Below are positions 27,347-32,000 of a DNA stretch of 32,000 nt, piece by piece; the first letter of the stretch is position 1, and each line of letters starts with the position of its first letter. Source of the DNA: Geotalea uraniireducens Rf4 (GTDB lineage Bacteria; Desulfobacterota; Desulfuromonadia; Geobacterales; Geobacteraceae); assembly GCF_000016745.1 (NCBI RefSeq), contig NC_009483.1, positions 5,070,001 through 5,102,000 of the forward strand. Direction: 5' to 3'. The notes beneath the pieces are model-generated. The model did not search any database. It saw only the letters and a list, made by a program, of their open reading frames with translations, and was not told where the DNA came from. Both the position numbers and the translations under genes were made by a program.

Positions 27347-28708
27347 TTGCTGAAGATGCCGTTTTCGACTACATTTTTTACCGGCCGACCGACGAAGCGT
27401 GTATCCATCCGCCGTAACGTCATCAACCTATCGCTGCCGGTGCTGCTCTCATCGCTGTTTCAGCGGCTCGTTTCCATTGTCGACATCTTCATGGTCGGCG
27501 GGCTCGGCGCGGCGGCCATTGCTGCCACCGGCCTCGGCCAACTCCTCATATTCGTGGTGATGACGGTGTTCTGGGGGTTGGCCACCGGCACGACCGTCGT
27601 AGTTGCCCATCTATGGGGAGCCGGCGGCCGTGCCGAGGCGCGCCGGGCAGCCTTTGCCGCCTGTCTTGCCTGTGCCGGCATGGCGGTCGCTGCAAGCTTT
27701 CTCGGCTGGGCTTTCGGCGACGAACTGGCCCGCTTCCTCGGGGCAAAGAGCGATGTACTGGCCTATGCCGCCGGCTATATCCGGCTGGTGTTCCTCTGGT
27801 TCGCCTTTACTGCCGGCCTCAACATCCTCTCCGCCATCATGCACGGCATCGGCAACACGCGGACCCCCATGGAGGGGATCATCCTCGTCAACGTCCTCCA
27901 TATACTGATCGCCTATCCGCTCATTTACGGAAAGTTAGGCCTGCCGCAGCTGGGAGTTACCGGCGCCGCCTATGCCATCAATCTTTCGGAGATGTGCGGC
28001 TTTCTCTACCTTTTGTTCCAGGCTTTGCGAAAGAACTATATCAAGATCGGCAAGCCGGACCTGCACCTGTTCCGCAAGGTGTGGCGGGTCGGCTACCCGG
28101 TGGCGCTGGAACGTATCGCCCAACAGTCGGGCCAGCTTTTTTATTCCAAGTTCATCATCAGCTACGGCACCGCCGCCTATGCCGCGCACCAGATCGGGCT
28201 ATCCATCGAATCCCTCTCGTTCATGCCGGGTGCCGGGATGGGGATTGCCGCCTCTACGCTCATGGGACAGGCGCTCGGGGCAAAAAAGATCAGCCGCGCC
28301 CGGATCAGCCACATGGAGGCGTTGAGGCTGGCGATCATGGTCATGGCGGTCATGGCGCTCCTCTTCTTCTTTATCCCGCACCTGCTGATCGGCCTGTTCA
28401 CCCATGATCCGGCCGTCATCGAAAAGGGGTGTGTATTCTTGCGGCTGGTGGCCTTTGCCCAGGTGCCGCTGGCCATTTCCTTCGTCTACGCCGGGAGCCT
28501 GCGCGGGACAGGCGACACCCACTACGTATTTCTCGTCACCCTTGCCGCCATGTGGGGGATCAGGGTGCTTATCTCCTATATTGCCGCCGTACCGCTCCAT
28601 CTCTCGCTCTACATGGTCTGGGGGGTGTTCCTCCTCGACTGGCTGTTCCGCGCCGCAGCCTTTGCCTGGCGCTACAAGCAGCGCGACCTGCACCAGATAA
28701 TCCTCTGA
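27347..28708 (+). CDS. MATE family efflux transporter
   Basis: The 453-aa, roughly 12-TM protein shows the MATE-typical N-terminus (INLSLPVLLSSLFQRLVSIVDIFMVGGLG) and an internal duplication. The start is TTG 27347 or ATG 27356, 4-13 nt after the stop of the putative selenoprotein gene. Confidence 0.88.
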   Translation: MLKMPFSTTFFTGRPTKRVSIRRNVINLSLPVLLSSLFQRLVSIVDIFMVGGLGAAAIAATGLGQLLIFVVMTVFWGLATGTTVVVAHLWGAGGRAEARRAAFAACLACAGMAVAASFLGWAFGDELARFLGAKSDVLAYAAGYIRLVFLWFAFTAGLNILSAIMHGIGNTRTPMEGIILVNVLHILIAYPLIYGKLGLPQLGVTGAAYAINLSEMCGFLYLLFQALRKNYIKIGKPDLHLFRKVWRVGYPVALERIAQQSGQLFYSKFIISYGTAAYAAHQIGLSIESLSFMPGAGMGIAASTLMGQALGAKKISRARISHMEALRLAIMVMAVMALLFFFIPHLLIGLFTHDPAVIEKGCVFLRLVAFAQVPLAISFVYAGSLRGTGDTHYVFLVTLAAMWGIRVLISYIAAVPLHLSLYMVWGVFLLDWLFRAAAFAWRYKQRDLHQIIL

Positions 28709-28720
28709 CGATAATAACAG

Positions 28721-28745
28721 GGCCGCACCCTGTTGGGGCGCGGCC
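28721..28745. terminator. GC-rich hairpin between the convergent MATE and MCP genes
   Basis: GGCCGCACCC-TGTT-GGGGCGCGGCC with one A.C mismatch and a weak T-tract. Confidence 0.5.
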
Positions 28746-28781
28746 TTGTCAATTCATGTTCTCCGTCTCATACGGCTAACC

Positions 28782-28811
28782 CCAATTTCAAATCAAGGAT
28801 GAAATCAAGGC
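28782..28811. repeat. Copy 3 of the 30-nt intergenic motif
   Basis: CCAATTTCAAATCAAGGATGAAATCAAGGC, ending 1 nt before the stop codon of the minus-strand MCP gene. This is the same placement as copy 2. Confidence 0.7.
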
Positions 28812-28812
28812 A

Positions 28813-30900
28813 TTACTTTGCCTTGTACCCTATCCTGATCGCTCCCCAATGCCTGTTGTTGATGTAGATCGGCGTGGACATGTCGTTCATGATTTCCCCC
28901 GTATCCCTCATATAGGTCTGGAGGAGGGATGTGTCGCTGCTTTTTGCCGCCCTTATGCCGGTTCGGTCGTCAAATATCCTCTTGGTCCTGTTGTTGACCT
29001 TATCGGTCTCCAAATCCCCTGTCAGCGGCTTGGTATAGCGGAGATTGTGGCAGGGAACGTAACCGTGATCGTCGACGCAAATGGCAAAGAAGATCTCGCC
29101 GCTCTTGGCAGCGATTTCTTCCTGAAGCGGCGAGATGAACTGATCAAAAAACTTGTCGAAGGAAGTGGAGTATTTTTGCGGGGATGTCTTGGGAATCGCC
29201 TGATAGTTCCTGTCGAACAGATCTTCCATCCTTATCCTCTTTTCAGAAATGGCCTTTTCTATCGCTGCAACAGCTCTATCCCGCAATTCACAAGCATAAT
29301 TCTTCATGGTGTCGTGATGATTACCAACGCTGAATTTGCCCACGGTGGAGAAAATCTGCTCGGCAACTTCGGAAAGTTCTTCGAAGGCCTTGCCGCTGGT
29401 TTGCATCTGCGTATGCACGGTCGTCGACGTTTCCGAAACATGGTGAATCTTTGAAGAGATTTCATTTACGGTAGCGCTCTGCTCCTCGGTGGCAGAGGCA
29501 ATCTGATTGATCATGTCGGCAGACTCGCCGGCGATTTGCAGAATTTTTTCCAGGCAATCTCTTGCAGCCAGGGATTTTTCGACCCCCTCTTCGACCCGTT
29601 TCTTCTCTTCAATTATGGAGCTCGCAGCTTCGCGGCTTTCGTTCTGAATGTCGGTGATGATTTTGGCGATTTCCTTGGTGGATGTGGCTGTTTTTGCCGA
29701 AAGGTTTTTCACCTCATCCGCGACAACCGCAAAACCCCTGCCGTGTTCTCCGGCACGCGCCGCTTCGATTGCAGCGTTAAGTGCCAGGAGGTTCGTCTGG
29801 TCTGCGATATCTTCGATCAGAACTACGATCTCGCCGATCTTGTTGGAAGAAGTTTCAAGCCTTTCGACCGTGCCAAGGGTCGTGGCAACGTTGTCGTTGA
29901 CGATTTTTATGCAGTTGCACGCTTCATCTACAACCGTCATGCCCTCGCTGGCAGCCGAATCGACTTGGGCTGAAAATTCTGCCGCACGGTGTGTATTGCT
30001 TGCGACGACGTTAAGTGTTGCCGCCATTTCTTCCGTTGCCACGGCAACCGACATGGCCTGCTCTTTCTGGTCGGTTGTTGCCGATACGGTCTTGTTGGCT
30101 CCCAAGGCTACGGTGCATACCGATACGGAAATATTTCCCGCCTGCTGGTAAAGTGATGAAATTATTTCACGGAGCTTGGAGATCAGATGGTTGATTTCAA
30201 CGGCAAGCTGGCCGATCTCGTCTTTGGAGCGCACCGGAATTTCCTTGGTAAGGTCTCCCTCGCCCCGGGCAATGAGTTTTAATTTTTCCGAGAAATCCAG
30301 GAGGTCCTTGACGATCGTCTTTTTGAAGAAAAAGTACATTGCGCATAACATGACGAGGAAGAAAAATACGCCCGCAGCGGTAAGCAGAATTGTCAGATTT
30401 ATTGCGCTCTTATAGCCGTCTTCCAGGGACGTGGTCAGAAGAATGGCGCCCAGAAATTTGGGCGCTGCGTCGTGGCATTGCTTGCACCGCTCTTCGTTAA
30501 CAAGAGGAACAGCGGAGTTGAGTGTATGAAGACCATTTTCTTTCAGTTTGATTTCCAACGGCTTACCGCTGTTGATTGATTTTATGACATCGGGGTTCAC
30601 TGCGGCACTTGCCGTGGCGGGTTCCTTCCCTTCCGCATCGTAAATTTTCAGGTCAATGGCAAATCGTTTTTCCTTTGCCTCCTTGATAAATTTTTCAACC
30701 GCTTTTGAATCACCTTTCATCATGTATTCGGCAATGTCATTACTGATAATGGCCGCAATGTTGCGACTGTTTTTTACCTGTAAATCCATTGTCGCATTGT
30801 ATTCAAGCCACAGAGCCATGCTTCCCATGGCAGCGAAGCCCAGACAAAGGGTGATGCCGATTATTCCCAGTATTTTATGAATCAGTTTGTTTTTGAACAT
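28813..30900 (-). CDS. Methyl-accepting chemotaxis protein with a periplasmic CXXCH (haem c) sensor domain, HAMP, signalling domain and an extra C-terminal domain
   Basis: Track ORF 28813..30927. The likely start is ATG 30900 ([12 protein letters not shown]), 7 nt after GAGGGG. It has two TM segments flanking a ~150-aa region that contains CKQCH (30472-30486). The highly conserved MCP hairpin tip reads [31 protein letters not shown]. About 190 aa follow the signalling domain. Confidence 0.9.
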   Translation of the reverse strand: MFKNKLIHKILGIIGITLCLGFAAMGSMALWLEYNATMDLQVKNSRNIAAIISNDIAEYMMKGDSKAVEKFIKEAKEKRFAIDLKIYDAEGKEPATASAAVNPDVIKSINSGKPLEIKLKENGLHTLNSAVPLVNEERCKQCHDAAPKFLGAILLTTSLEDGYKSAINLTILLTAAGVFFFLVMLCAMYFFFKKTIVKDLLDFSEKLKLIARGEGDLTKEIPVRSKDEIGQLAVEINHLISKLREIISSLYQQAGNISVSVCTVALGANKTVSATTDQKEQAMSVAVATEEMAATLNVVASNTHRAAEFSAQVDSAASEGMTVVDEACNCIKIVNDNVATTLGTVERLETSSNKIGEIVVLIEDIADQTNLLALNAAIEAARAGEHGRGFAVVADEVKNLSAKTATSTKEIAKIITDIQNESREAASSIIEEKKRVEEGVEKSLAARDCLEKILQIAGESADMINQIASATEEQSATVNEISSKIHHVSETSTTVHTQMQTSGKAFEELSEVAEQIFSTVGKFSVGNHHDTMKNYACELRDRAVAAIEKAISEKRIRMEDLFDRNYQAIPKTSPQKYSTSFDKFFDQFISPLQEEIAAKSGEIFFAICVDDHGYVPCHNLRYTKPLTGDLETDKVNNRTKRIFDDRTGIRAAKSSDTSLLQTYMRDTGEIMNDMSTPIYINNRHWGAIRIGYKAK

Positions 30901-31078
30901 GTGCATACCCCTCAAATTTTGATGCATTTAACGGTTATAAGTAGTTATCGGCATAAAGAAATAATCCTTTAGCTATGCCGGGAGATTTTTCACCCGGGGA
31001 TAATGCCGTCACACGCTGAATACCGCCCAAGCGATGGGTATGGCTGAAACGGAAAATAAAAGGATTAAGAGAAAAACC

Positions 31079-31156
31079 GATTAGTACCAATCTTCCGAAA
31101 GACCAAGTCCCCCTTTCTCAAAGGGGGGGAACTTCTGCGGAAGATTAGTGCTAATC
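31079..31156. repeat. Nested inverted repeat downstream of the SNF2 gene (possible terminator or structured element)
   Basis: The outer arms are GATTAGTACCAATCTTCCG and CGGAAGATTAGTGCTAATC (17/19). The inner hairpin is CCCCCTTT-CTC-AAAGGGGG (31109-31127). Confidence 0.55.
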
Positions 31157-31210
31157 TGGAGAGAAAAAATGGATGGGAGCGGGTACGGTGAGGCGCTTCT
31201 CCGCAGAGCT

Positions 31211-32000
31211 TCACGGAGCGAGAAGAAAATCAAAATCCTCTTTCGAGAGGGATACTCCGCCGGCGCCGGCCGTGTCGTCGAGAAGCGCCCGGTAGAGCTT
31301 GAGCTTGCGCTCCTTGAGCGCCATCATCTTCTCCTCGACGGTATGGCGCATCAGGAGCCGGTTGACGGTGACCTGGGCCGTCTGGCCTATGCGGTGGGCG
31401 CGATCCGAGGCCTGGTTCTCGACGGCAGGGTTCCACCACGGGTCGAGATGGTAGACGTAGGTGGCGCGGGTCAGGTTGAGCCCCTTCCCTCCCGCTTTGA
31501 GGCTGATGAGAAAGACGAGCGGCTCCTCGCTCTGCTGGAACTGCCGCACCAGCTCCTTACGGCGTGGAACCGGGGTGGAGCCGTCAAGCCTTAAGGTAGC
31601 GAGCCCCCGCTGCTTGAGCCCTTCCTCCACCAGGTCCAGATAGCTGGTGAACTGGGAGAAGACCAGGGCGCTGTGTCCTTCGTCCCGCAGTTCCAGGAGA
31701 TTATCGGCGAGGCATTCCTGTTTGGGGGACTCCCCCTTGACGCCGGCGGTGACAAGGGCGGCGGACAGGCAGATCTGCCGCAGCCGCAGGATGGCGGTAA
31801 GCGCGATCATCCGCGCCTGCCCGGCCGCCTTGGCACGAAATGCCTCGTCCACTGCACCGCGCACCTCTTCGACAGTCCGCTGGTACAGCGCCCGCTGTTT
31901 CGGCGTCAGCTCCAGATAGAGGTCCATTTCAATGCGCGGCGGCAATTCATCGGCAATCATCTGTTTCGAGCGGCGCAGGACGAAGGGGCGGGTGCGGCGG
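31211..32000 (-). CDS. SNF2-family helicase, C-terminal part (5' end beyond the window)
   Basis: Track ORF 31211..31960; the frame stays open to the window edge. It shows helicase C-terminal motifs: LVFSQFTSYLDL, LISLKAGGKGLNLTRATYVYHLDPWWNPAVENQASDRAHRIGQ. Confidence 0.88.
   Translation of the reverse strand, partial: RRTRPFVLRRSKQMIADELPPRIEMDLYLELTPKQRALYQRTVEEVRGAVDEAFRAKAAGQARMIALTAILRLRQICLSAALVTAGVKGESPKQECLADNLLELRDEGHSALVFSQFTSYLDLVEEGLKQRGLATLRLDGSTPVPRRKELVRQFQQSEEPLVFLISLKAGGKGLNLTRATYVYHLDPWWNPAVENQASDRAHRIGQTAQVTVNRLLMRHTVEEKMMALKERKLKLYRALLDDTAGAGGVSLSKEDFDFLLAP

Noticed and set aside
30928-31078. Possible riboswitch (for example c-di-GMP GEMM) in the long MCP upstream region
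   Set aside because: I could not find the conserved GEMM core elements, only generic small hairpins. There is no basis for a call without a covariance-model search.

Overview
The window looks like a chromosomal segment of a Geobacter-like (Desulfuromonadales) bacterium; that assignment is inferred from gene content and protein similarity only. Most of it is housekeeping genes, largely on the minus strand: two tandem multi-PAS sensor kinases, uvrA, a CspA-family gene, a phosphoglucomutase/phosphomannomutase (PGM/PMM), a periplasmic cyclophilin, a resB-like/ccsA/def/ACT operon, ftsK, RNase J, plsC, ssb, a MATE pump, a methyl-accepting chemotaxis protein (MCP) and a partial SNF2 helicase. About 7.7 kb (roughly 13.0-20.7 kb) between the ACT/def operon and ftsK is an accessory, defence-type island. 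It holds (1) a translationally coupled XRE-HTH/ImmA-IrrE metallopeptidase fusion plus a PIN-like nuclease, (2) two small plus-strand ORFs, (3) a Type III restriction-modification operon (mod-res) whose mod target-recognition region has markedly lower GC, and (4) three copies of a ~165-175 bp composite REPIN-like repeat beside a frameshifted IS200-like/RAYT transposase gene. One REPIN copy sits exactly between mod and res. Outside the island, the most notable hidden feature is an 85-codon AhpD/CMD-like gene at 27086-27343. It has an in-frame TGA at the second position of its CxxC motif and a SECIS-like hairpin 11 nt downstream, so it is a probable selenoprotein; the ORF track misses it. Other signals are a 30-nt motif at three intergenic loci (one forming a 124-bp MITE-like hairpin), a candidate plus-strand sRNA between uvrA and csp, and a CXXCH haem-c motif in the MCP sensor domain. 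The long GC-rich antisense ORFs in the track are rejected as artefacts. Coordinates I read by hand may be off by 1-2 nt.
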